DNA of 64,000 nt, taken from positions 2,485-66,484 of the forward strand of contig CADBRR010000126.1 in assembly GCA_902797145.1 (NCBI GenBank), in the 5' to 3' direction. The translations under genes and the position numbers were made by a program. Source of the stretch: an uncultured Eubacteriales bacterium (lineage in GTDB: Bacteria > Bacillota > Clostridia > Christensenellales > CAG-138). Positions 10,698-18,241 of the stretch are shown here, piece by piece (positions within the stretch are counted from its first letter, which is position 1; each line of letters begins with the position of its first letter). Under the pieces are notes generated by a model that worked only from the letters and a program-made list of their open reading frames with translations, was not told the origin of the DNA and did no database searches.

Positions 10698-11043
10698 TTG
10701 AGTAACCCATGTGACCGCATACACTCGTGTATGAGGAAAGTCCGAGCTCCATAGGGCAGGGTGCCGGGTAACACCCGGTGGAGGCGACTCCAAGGAAAGT
10801 GCAACAGAGATATACCGCCTGTTATTATAATAGGTAAGGATGGAAAGGCGAGGTAAGAGCTCACCGGCGACATGGCGACTTGTCGGCCCTGTAAACCCCA
10901 CTCGGTGCAAGATTGGAATGAGAGCATTTAATGGCTGCCCGTCACGCTCTCGGGAATCGCTTGAACCTATTGGTAACAATAGGTCTAGATAGATGGTCAC
11001 AAAAACCTTTGGTTTTACAGAACTCGGCTTACGGATTGCTCAA
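10698..11043 (+). ncRNA. rnpB: RNase P RNA (bacterial, probably type A)
   Basis: Universal cores GAGGAAAGTCCGAGCTCC (10733..) and ACAGAACTCGGCTTA (11017..). P1 pairing TTGAGTAACCC / GGATTGCTCAA. T-rich tail. The ORFs 10667..11000 on the minus strand are shadows of this RNA gene. Confidence 0.85.
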
Positions 11044-11076
11044 ACAATTCTTTTTTGTTTTTTAAATCTTCTCAAT

Positions 11077-11115
11077 ATAAAAAATCGAACCGCAAATTCA
11101 GTTCGAGGTTCGATT
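11077..11115 (-). terminator. Intrinsic terminator of the XRE regulator gene
   Basis: Stem AATCGAACC/GGTTCGATT. On the minus strand it is followed by TTTTTTATATTG. Confidence 0.6.
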
Positions 11116-11147
11116 ATTGCAATTTAAGCAATAAGTTTTTAGTAATG

Positions 11148-11354
11148 TTATTTTTTATCGGGGACAAATTCCATAATATCTTCAACAGAACAATTAAGCG
11201 CATTACAAAGCTTGTTTATAGTCTTCGTTTCAACATTTTCATTAAGTTTTAACCTGCGTATAGTCTTGCGGTCTATGCCGCATTCCTCACGAAGACGATA
11301 ACTCGTTATCCCCCTTGCTTCCATAAGCGCCCATAATTTATTGAATATTATCAT
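11148..11354 (-). CDS. Small XRE-family helix-turn-helix transcriptional regulator
   Basis: ORF 11148..11480, trimmed to MIIFNKLWALMEARGITSYRLREECGIDRKTIRRLK (68 aa). Classic Cro/C1-type HTH. The start could also be 11363. Confidence 0.7.
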   Translation of the reverse strand: MIIFNKLWALMEARGITSYRLREECGIDRKTIRRLKLNENVETKTINKLCNALNCSVEDIMEFVPDKK

Positions 11355-11557
11355 TTTGAACATCCTTATTATTTTTTTATTGATATTTATCATTATGGGG
11401 ATTATAATCACTCTATATAAGGGGATATAATCTTTTTTAATATCTAAGTGGAACATCCGATATGCTTGAAGCATTTGCAATGTAAAAGAATATTTTTAAC
11501 TACCCTATCATATCCTTTTAATGTACAAGTTAAATCTATATGAAAGGATATTGAACT

Positions 11558-12463
11558 ATGGAGTACAGGCGAAGAAGACGAACAAGGCGAAAATCCGTAT
11601 CAAGGGGCAGGACAAGGGCATCGAATGAACCAAACGGCGGCAAGTTCATTTTAATAATCCTTGTAGTATCTGCAATAATCTATCTTATATCCATATCCGA
11701 AGCGGGAACGTGGCTATCAGAAAACATTGTAGCGCCAATAACGAAATCGTTTGGAAAATCGGACAAAAAAGACGATGATAAAGAAGATAACACAGATGCA
11801 GAAAATAGCGAAGACGTATCTGCTCCGACCGAAACAAAGGAGCTGACACTTGAAAAAGTCAACGCATATTTTTTGCAGATGGGCGTTTATAATTCTCTTG
11901 ACAACGCAGACGAGGAAGCAAAGCTTATAAAAGCTCAGGGCGCAGGTGGATATATATTGAAAGACGGCGATAGGTTCCGTGTTATCGCAACGGGATATTC
12001 AAGCGAAGATGATGCGAAGGACGTATGCGCAAGGCTTAAAGAAAGCGGAATGGATTGTACAATTTATAAGCTGAATACAGATGAAGTAACATTCAGGGTA
12101 ACAGCCTCAAAAGAGCAGCTTGCACGAATAGAAAAAACATTCGCCGCACTTAATAAAGCACAAAAAACGCTGTCTGAAGAGGTAATAAGCTTTGATAAAG
12201 AAAAGAAAGATGTTTCAGACGAGATAAAAGTTGTAAAATCTTTGGTTGATGAACTCAAAGAAGCAAAAAGCGATATTTCTCCATATAAGGAAAATAAAGC
12301 AGTTTCATATATGGTAGATGCACTTGATGCAAGCATTGAGGTGCTCGAAAGCACAATAAGCGATGAAAGCAAGAGCTTTGTAGAGTTCTCATCACTTTTA
12401 AAATATGCACACACTTGCGTTACGCATGAATATTTCCTGCTCGCATCGAATTTAAAGGGCTGA
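11558..12463 (+). CDS. Membrane-anchored SPOR-domain protein
   Basis: Basic N-terminus, one TM (FILIILVVSAIIYLISI), SPOR-like YFLQMGVYNSLDNADEEAKLIKAQGAGGYILKDGDRFRVIATGYSSEDDAKDVCARLKESG. Confidence 0.7.
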   Translation: MEYRRRRRTRRKSVSRGRTRASNEPNGGKFILIILVVSAIIYLISISEAGTWLSENIVAPITKSFGKSDKKDDDKEDNTDAENSEDVSAPTETKELTLEKVNAYFLQMGVYNSLDNADEEAKLIKAQGAGGYILKDGDRFRVIATGYSSEDDAKDVCARLKESGMDCTIYKLNTDEVTFRVTASKEQLARIEKTFAALNKAQKTLSEEVISFDKEKKDVSDEIKVVKSLVDELKEAKSDISPYKENKAVSYMVDALDASIEVLESTISDESKSFVEFSSLLKYAHTCVTHEYFLLASNLKG

Positions 12464-12492
12464 AAACATATTTAATATATTTATGGTAAAGC

Positions 12493-12521
12493 TTGCAATT
12501 TTTAATTATTTATAGTAGAAT
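12493..12521 (+). promoter_or_regulatory. Putative sigmaA promoter of glnA
   Basis: TTGCAA (12493) - 17 nt - TAGAAT (12516). Confidence 0.45.
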
Positions 12522-12622
12522 GATACCGTAAGCAAATATATTTAGTGCTTGAAAAACGAAAAATACCAAATATTAAAGAAAAAGAAAGGAAGTCTTTGCT
12601 TTTTGCAAAGCAGGTTGTTAAA

Positions 12623-14068
12623 ATGTTTAAGACATTAGCTGAAGCACAGGCATTCTGCCAGGAAAAGGGCATCAGAATGATCGACTTCAAGATGACAGAT
12701 CTTGACGGTCGCTGGAAGCACCTTACTATTCCCGTTGAGCGTTTCAACGAGGACACAATGAAATATGGTATCGGTTTTGACGGTTCAAACTACGGCTATG
12801 CACCCGTTGAAAACAGCGACATGGTATTCATTCCGGATCTTTCAACAGCAGCAGTTGATCCTTTCGTTGAAACTCCAACTCTCACTATGATAGGTGACGT
12901 TTATGTAATCGATCCTCATGCAAACGAAGCAAACCGTCCGTTTGATCAGTATCCGAGAAACGTATCAAAGCGTGCAGTTGCATATATGCAGGAACTCGGT
13001 ATCGCTGATAAGATGATAATCGGACCGGAATTTGAATTCCATGTATTCGATAACATAAGCTTTGAAGCAAAATCAAATAACGTAACAGTTAAAATCGACA
13101 CACAGGAAGCAAACTGGAACACAGGTAATGAATATATCGACAATAAGGGTTATCAGACACGTCACGAAGGCGGTTACCATGCTCCGTTGCCCAACGATAT
13201 AACATTTGAACTTAGAAATAAGATGTGTATGATGCTCGATGATTGGGGCGTAAAGGTTAAGTATCATCATCACGAAGTAGGCGGTCCTGGTCAGCTTGAA
13301 ATCGAAGTAGAATTAGATGAAATGACAAAGATGGCTGATAACACAATGATAGCAAAGTATGTTATCAAGAACGGCGCACTCCAGGCAGGCAAGACAGCAA
13401 CACTTATGCCGAAGCCTCTGTATAATGAAGCAGGTAACGGTATGCACGTTCATATGCACTTGTTCGGCAAGGATGGCGAACCTCTCTTCTACGATGCAAA
13501 CGGTTATGCACAGCTTTCAGAATTGGCTCATCACTTCATGGGCGGTATTCTCATGCACGCTAAATCACTTTGCGGACTTCTCAATCCTTCAACAAACTCA
13601 TATAAGAGACTCGTTCCGGGATTTGAAGCACCTGTAACAATCGGTTATGCAACAGCTAACAGAAGTGCTGTTATTAGAATTCCTGCATACGCAAAGTCAC
13701 CGAAGAATAAGCGTTTTGAATTGAGAAACGGCGATGCAACTTGTAACCCCTACTACGCATATGCTGCAATCCTCATGGCAGGTATCGATGGCGTTCAGAA
13801 GAAGATTGATCCGTCAAAGATGGGATGGGGTCCGTTCGATTATAACCTCTTCAATCTTCCGGAAGAAGAAAAGGCAAAGATTCAGGGACTTCCTGCAAGC
13901 CTTGGCGAAGCTCTTGACGAACTTGAAAAGGATCACGACTACCTCACAGCAGGCGGCGTATTCCCGGAAAGACTTATCAAAATCTGGATCGAAAAGAAGC
14001 GTAAGGAAGCTAAGAGAATTGAAAGCATTCCGCATCCCGCTGAATTTGAACAGTATTACGATATCTAA
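12623..14068 (+). CDS. glnA: Glutamine synthetase type I
   Basis: ORF 12545..14068 (GTG), trimmed to ATG 12623 (MFKTLAEAQAFCQEKGIRMIDFKMTDLDGRWKH). GS motifs GPEFEFHVF, NGMHVHMHLF, SYKRLVPGFEAP, NRSAVIRIP. Confidence 0.9.
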   Translation: MFKTLAEAQAFCQEKGIRMIDFKMTDLDGRWKHLTIPVERFNEDTMKYGIGFDGSNYGYAPVENSDMVFIPDLSTAAVDPFVETPTLTMIGDVYVIDPHANEANRPFDQYPRNVSKRAVAYMQELGIADKMIIGPEFEFHVFDNISFEAKSNNVTVKIDTQEANWNTGNEYIDNKGYQTRHEGGYHAPLPNDITFELRNKMCMMLDDWGVKVKYHHHEVGGPGQLEIEVELDEMTKMADNTMIAKYVIKNGALQAGKTATLMPKPLYNEAGNGMHVHMHLFGKDGEPLFYDANGYAQLSELAHHFMGGILMHAKSLCGLLNPSTNSYKRLVPGFEAPVTIGYATANRSAVIRIPAYAKSPKNKRFELRNGDATCNPYYAYAAILMAGIDGVQKKIDPSKMGWGPFDYNLFNLPEEEKAKIQGLPASLGEALDELEKDHDYLTAGGVFPERLIKIWIEKKRKEAKRIESIPHPAEFEQYYDI

Positions 14069-14088
14069 TAAATATCAAATAAACTTCA

Positions 14089-14116
14089 ATCCTGCTCGAA
14101 AGGGCAGGATTTTTTA
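14089..14116 (+). terminator. glnA intrinsic terminator
   Basis: ATCCTGC-TCGAAAGG-GCAGGAT followed by TTTTT. Confidence 0.75.
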
Positions 14117-14128
14117 TTCAAAAAACTG

Positions 14129-14157
14129 TTGACAAACAAAAAAATTTCATATATAAT
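14129..14157 (+). promoter_or_regulatory. Consensus sigmaA promoter with no ORF behind it
   Basis: TTGACA (14129) - 17 nt - TATAAT (14152). Confidence 0.55.
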
Positions 14158-14163
14158 AATGAT

Positions 14164-14320
14164 TGTCAGAGTACCATCTGATATAACACGATGCGTTCAA
14201 ATAAGGCTATGCGGTATTACTACCGTTGCCATAATCGTTGGCGTAGTACCAACATCACAATGGTGATAAAAATAAATATCGTGTAAAAATGAGCTTGCAT
14301 TTTATGTAGGTTCTTTTTTT
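14164..14320 (+). ncRNA. Candidate small structured RNA (unclassified)
   Basis: Bounded by the consensus promoter and a plus-strand-specific terminator (GAGCTTGCAT-TTT-ATGTAGGTTC + T7, 14291..14320; 3 G-U pairs). Internal helices ACACGAT/ATCGTGT, GGTATTAC/GTAGTACC, ATCAC/GTGAT. No SD-led ORF. Confidence 0.4.
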
Positions 14321-14334
14321 ATGTTCAAAAAGGG

Positions 14335-14363
14335 TTGAATAGTTTAAATTAAAGTGATAAAAT
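14335..14363 (+). promoter_or_regulatory. Putative sigmaA promoter of mgtE
   Basis: TTGAAT (14335) - 17 nt - TAAAAT (14358). Confidence 0.45.
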
Positions 14364-14545
14364 GAATAGTATGGAGTAAAATCCTAATAAATTTTAAGGT
14401 GGTGAACTTGCTTGGACAGTAGTAATTGCTTAGATAGCAACGGCAGTAAATATCGATCTATACTGCCTACTACGAAAACTGAATAAGAGTGTCCGAGCGG
14501 TTTGTTATGCTTTCTCCGTCGGGCACCGTAAACGGGAGGTAACGA
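14364..14545 (+). promoter_or_regulatory. Structured mgtE 5' leader (possible Mg2+/M-box-like riboswitch, unverified)
   Basis: Nested helices TTGGACA/TGTCCGA, GTAGTA/TACTAC, TTGCT/AGCAA, GGCAGTA/TACTGCC form a three-way junction. CTCCGT (14514) can pair with ACGGGAG (14532), covering the SD GGGAGG. mgtE genes in Firmicutes commonly carry M-box leaders. Confidence 0.35.
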
Positions 14546-16243
14546 ATGGAAAAGCAGAATTTTAATGAAAGACAATTTGATGCATTCTCCGTAAAAATCA
14601 TAAAACGCCTTATAAAGAGGGATTTTGCGGGAATAAAGGATATTTTTGAAGATGCCGACAGCGAACTTATTGCAAGATTTATTGATAGCATATCTGAAGA
14701 TGACGACTATTTAAAGGATGATGAAACCGATAAGGAAATGCAGGCAGGCGATAATGAATACGATGATATAATCGAACTTTTCAGATGTGTGCCTGAGGAA
14801 AAGTCGGTCGAAGTATTTGCAAGGCTTGAAAGCGAGAAGCGTGAAAAAATTATACTTCATTCTATAACTAATCAAGAACTTGACCACTTGATTGAGGGGC
14901 TTATAAAGAAAGGTTATTATACTTCACTTAAATCACAGTTAAGCGAAGTAAACGAAGTAGATATAGCTGACTTTATGAAGAATTATGAGGGTGAAACGCT
15001 AATTAAGCTTTTCAGAATAATGCCAAAGGATATGTCAGCCGATGTGTTTGCATATCTTGATAGCGATACGCAGGAATATATTGTAAAATCAATAACGGAT
15101 AAAGAACTTGCAAGCCTTATTGACGATATGTTTATCGACGATACGGTCGACTTTTTGGAGGAAGTTCCTGCAAATGTAGTAAAGCGTGTGCTTGCAAACA
15201 CTAATCCTGAAACGAGGTCAATAATAAATAAATTCCTAAAATATCCTGAAAATTCAGCAGGCTCAATAATGACAATCGAAATGATGGAACTCCATGATAG
15301 ATTGACGGTTAAAGAGGCTATTGAGCATATAAGAAAAACAGGATATGATAAGGAAACGATTTACACTTGTTATTGTATAGATGATGAAAGGAAGCTTTCA
15401 GGCACAATAGGTTTGAGGGAATTGATATTCAACGACCCTGACGCATATATAAAAGATATAATGGACGATTCAGATCACCTTATATCCGTAAATACGCAGG
15501 ACGACCAGGAAGAGGTTGCAGACCTTGCAAGGAAGTATGACTTGTTGTCAGTGCCGGTTACTGATAATGAGGGTAGGCTCGTAGGTATCGTAACAATCGA
15601 CGATATCGTTGACATCATCGAAGATGAGAACACGGAAGATATTGAGAAGATGAACCTTATCGCTCCGAGTGAAGATGAATACTTGAAAACAGGCGTTTTC
15701 ACGCTTGCAAAGAACAGAATTATATGGCTTATGGTACTTATGCTATCTGCAACATTTACAGGCAAAATTATCGAAAGCTTTGAAGGTGCGCTCGCAGCAC
15801 TTGCAGGATTAACAGCTTGTATTCCTATGCTTATGGATACAGGCGGTAACGCAGGCAACCAAGCATCAACACTTATAATTCGTGGTCTTGCGCTTGGTGA
15901 AATCAAGATAAGCGATTATCTCAAAGTATTGTGGAAAGAAGTTAGGGTTGCGCTCATTTGCGGTATAGCGCTTGCAGCCGTAAACTTTGGCAGAATGTAC
16001 ATTATGCACGCACTTGGCTCAGATTATGGTTCAAGTCCGTTTACAACAATAACTGTTGTATGCCTTGCAATGGTATGCGCTGTAATAATTGCTAAAATAT
16101 TGGGCTGTACAGTTCCTATCGCAGCAAAGGCAATAAAGCTTGACCCTGCGCTTATGGCAGGACCTATGCTTACAACATTCGTTGATGCTATAACATTGCT
16201 TATCTATTTCGCACTTGCAAAGTTATTCTTTGGAATAGGTTGA
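14546..16243 (+). CDS. mgtE: Magnesium transporter MgtE (extended N-terminal domain)
   Basis: 565 aa. Tandem CBS domains, C-terminal TM domain with MLMDTGGNAGNQASTLIIRGLALGE and PMLTTFVDA motifs. Confidence 0.9.
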   Translation: MEKQNFNERQFDAFSVKIIKRLIKRDFAGIKDIFEDADSELIARFIDSISEDDDYLKDDETDKEMQAGDNEYDDIIELFRCVPEEKSVEVFARLESEKREKIILHSITNQELDHLIEGLIKKGYYTSLKSQLSEVNEVDIADFMKNYEGETLIKLFRIMPKDMSADVFAYLDSDTQEYIVKSITDKELASLIDDMFIDDTVDFLEEVPANVVKRVLANTNPETRSIINKFLKYPENSAGSIMTIEMMELHDRLTVKEAIEHIRKTGYDKETIYTCYCIDDERKLSGTIGLRELIFNDPDAYIKDIMDDSDHLISVNTQDDQEEVADLARKYDLLSVPVTDNEGRLVGIVTIDDIVDIIEDENTEDIEKMNLIAPSEDEYLKTGVFTLAKNRIIWLMVLMLSATFTGKIIESFEGALAALAGLTACIPMLMDTGGNAGNQASTLIIRGLALGEIKISDYLKVLWKEVRVALICGIALAAVNFGRMYIMHALGSDYGSSPFTTITVVCLAMVCAVIIAKILGCTVPIAAKAIKLDPALMAGPMLTTFVDAITLLIYFALAKLFFGIG

Positions 16244-16260
16244 CAATATAAGAGGTAAAT

Positions 16261-16998
16261 ATGAACAGAACTATTTTAATAACAGGTTCTTCAAGAGGTA
16301 TTGGCGGAGCTATTGCTTCCGCCTTTGCTGATATGGGGGATAGAATAATAATTAACTATAAAAATAACGATTTAAAAGCGAACGAGCTTGCAAATAAATT
16401 AAGGGAAAATAACCCGTCAGTTATTGCGATTAAAGCAGATATATCCGATTCTGCTCAGGTCGATAATATGATACGCACAATAAAGGAACAGTTCGGTCCT
16501 GTCGATGTGCTTATAAATAACGCAGGTATTGCGCTTGAACAAAAACTATTTACTGACGCAACACAAGAAGATATTAAAAATATTATCAATACAAATATAA
16601 TAGGCTTGATAAATGTTACAAAGAGTGTTATACCCGATATGGTATCGAAAAAATCAGGCAATATTATAAACATAACTTCAATGTGGGGCGAAACAGGCGG
16701 TTCGTGCGAAGTCCTATATTCTATGAGCAAAGCCGCAGTTATTGGCTTTACAAAATCGCTCGCAAAAGAACTTGCACCATCATCAATTAGGGTAAATGCA
16801 ATTTCCCCCGGTATGATTGATACCGATATGAATAAGCATCTGACCGCTGACGATGTAGAAGCTATTCGCCTTGAAACGCCGCTTGAACGAATAGGTACTG
16901 CAAAAGATGTTGCTAACGCTGCTGTGTTTTTAGCATCTGATAACGCAAGCTTCATTACAGGCGAAATCCTCCGTGTCAATGGCGGAATACTTATTTAA
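16261..16998 (+). CDS. SDR-family oxidoreductase (3-oxoacyl-ACP reductase-like)
   Basis: 245 aa. TGSSRGIGGAIA cofactor motif, NNAG, catalytic YSMSKAA. Confidence 0.8.
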   Translation: MNRTILITGSSRGIGGAIASAFADMGDRIIINYKNNDLKANELANKLRENNPSVIAIKADISDSAQVDNMIRTIKEQFGPVDVLINNAGIALEQKLFTDATQEDIKNIINTNIIGLINVTKSVIPDMVSKKSGNIINITSMWGETGGSCEVLYSMSKAAVIGFTKSLAKELAPSSIRVNAISPGMIDTDMNKHLTADDVEAIRLETPLERIGTAKDVANAAVFLASDNASFITGEILRVNGGILI

Positions 16999-17021
16999 TA
17001 TGGAGTTCGGAGTTAATTAAT

Positions 17022-17903
17022 ATGGATATTAAATATACAGAAAAATTTAGGGAAACGATAGACCCCTATTCCCTATCGTTTCCGCATTTTAAATTAAAAA
17101 GCATTCTCGGCTATCCGCCTGCCGGGAACGATGTTTTCTATGTAAATGGCGATTTTATGGGCAAAAATATAAACGCTTTCCTTAAAGTCGAACGCCAGAA
17201 TGGAGCGGATATCGAAAACGAGCTTTCAACGCTTGCAGCATTGAAGTTTGATAAAAAACCGCAAGTTCTTGAATTTTCATTTGATGAACCTAAATATATT
17301 CTGACCCTTGAAGCGGAGGGCGAAAGATTATCGCAAATCGTTGGCAACAACGAGAATATGCAGTCGCTTGAATATATGGAAGAATATGGGGAAACGCTTG
17401 CATATATCCATTCACTAAAAATAGATGCGCAAGAAGTCAAGCACAGAAAATTCTTCGATATTCCCGAAAACACAGGGCTTGATGATATGGAAAGTTTCTT
17501 GCAAGAGAACGCTGCTATAATTAAAAGCGCTTATCAAAACAAATGTTTTTGCCACGGAGATGCGCATTATGCAAACATATTGTGGAAAAATCACCATATA
17601 TCCTGCGTACTCGATTATGAATTGTCGGGAATAGGCATACGGGAATTTGATATGGCATGGGCAGTATTTTTAAGACCGTCACAGAAGTTTTTGAAAACCG
17701 AACAGGAAATAGATGCGTTCCTTTTAGGGTATAATAAGTTGCATTATTATTCAGAATTGGCATTTATGTATTATTATGTTCTAATCGGAACAAGATTTTA
17801 TAATATGGGAGATGAAGAATATAAGCAAGATGTAAGGCTATTGCTCGATATGGCAGTAAAAAGATATAAAAAAGGTTTAAAAATTAAAACATTTAAAATT
17901 TAA
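17022..17903 (+). CDS. Aminoglycoside/choline-kinase-like phosphotransferase
   Basis: 293 aa. Brenner motif CHGDAHYANILW and DYELSGIG (DFG-equivalent). Substrate unknown. Confidence 0.6.
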   Translation: MDIKYTEKFRETIDPYSLSFPHFKLKSILGYPPAGNDVFYVNGDFMGKNINAFLKVERQNGADIENELSTLAALKFDKKPQVLEFSFDEPKYILTLEAEGERLSQIVGNNENMQSLEYMEEYGETLAYIHSLKIDAQEVKHRKFFDIPENTGLDDMESFLQENAAIIKSAYQNKCFCHGDAHYANILWKNHHISCVLDYELSGIGIREFDMAWAVFLRPSQKFLKTEQEIDAFLLGYNKLHYYSELAFMYYYVLIGTRFYNMGDEEYKQDVRLLLDMAVKRYKKGLKIKTFKI

Positions 17904-17909
17904 CTATTT

Positions 17910-17930
17910 TTTCAAGCTATTTTCAAGCTT
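17910..17930 (+). repeat. Copy 1 of 21-nt element TTTCAAGCTATTTTCAAGCTT (internal 11-nt-period direct repeat)
   Basis: Identical string at 18082..18102. Followed by TATAAT at 17938..17943. Confidence 0.85.
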
Positions 17931-17949
17931 TGTTTCATATAATCCGAGT

Positions 17950-18060
17950 GTAAACTTAAAAGCAACATTGAAATTGATTTTTTTCATTTTCATGTTCTCC
18001 CATTTTTCTATCATATAGAGAGAGTTAAGGTTGTCCGATCCTTGCTCTCTCTCCTTTTTA
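17950..18060 (+). ncRNA. Candidate small RNA 1 (repeat/TATAAT to terminator)
   Basis: Starts ~7 nt after TATAAT. Contains TTTCATGTTCTCCCAT. Ends in hairpin GAGAGAG-TT-AAGG...CCTT-G-CTCTCTC + TCCTTTTTA (18017..18060). Confidence 0.3.
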
Positions 18061-18081
18061 TCGGGTTTATTTTTGCCTGAC

Positions 18082-18102
18082 TTTCAAGCTATTTTCAAGC
18101 TT
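18082..18102 (+). repeat. Copy 2 of 21-nt element TTTCAAGCTATTTTCAAGCTT
   Basis: Identical to 17910..17930. Followed by TATAAT at 18109..18114 (and again at 18114..18119). Confidence 0.85.
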
Positions 18103-18120
18103 CATAAATATAATATAATT

Positions 18121-18197
18121 AAACAATGAATTAACAGATTTTGTTGGTTTCATACTCTCCATGATTTAGCAGGGCAGTTTTAACTGCCTTGCGTTTT
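18121..18197 (+). ncRNA. Candidate small RNA 2 (paralog of candidate 1)
   Basis: Contains TTTCATACTCTCCAT. Hairpin AGGGCAGT-TTTA-ACTGCCTT (18071..18090) + GCGTTTT. The bidirectional typA terminator lies just beyond. Confidence 0.3.
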
Positions 18198-18212
18198 AAT
18201 TATACAACAAAA

Positions 18213-18240
18213 CAGCAGGCATAGAACCTGCTGCTTTTTT
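18213..18240. terminator. Bidirectional intrinsic terminator (typA)
   Basis: CAGCAGG-CATAGAA-CCTGCTG flanked by an A-run (plus 18208..18212) and T6 (18235..18240). Confidence 0.75.
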
Positions 18241-18241
18241 A

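Noticed and set aside
10667-11000. Minus-strand ORFs of 86-108 aa overlapping 10667..11000.
   Set aside because: The region is the rnpB RNA gene (universal RNase P cores on the plus strand), so the ORFs are artefacts.
12464-12622. GlnR/TnrA box (TGTNAN7TNACA) upstream of glnA.
   Set aside because: No such motif was found in the promoter region. The only notable element is a small CTTTGC/GCAAAG hairpin (12593..12610).
14521-14532. GGGCACCGTAAA in the mgtE leader is identical to 12 nt of the P3 region of the B. subtilis xpt guanine riboswitch.
   Set aside because: The flanking P1/P2/J2-3 elements of a purine aptamer are absent. An isolated 12-mer match is most likely coincidence.
15475-16979. 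Long antisense ORFs inside mgtE and the SDR gene (15475..15906, 16455..16979). Similar ones lie at 29614..30162, 31742..32302, 37904..38479 and 20737..21159.
   Set aside because: They lie fully inside well-supported genes on the opposite strand. They have Ser/Ile/Phe-rich low-complexity translations, no SD and no recognisable motifs. These are shadow ORFs typical of AT-rich genomes.
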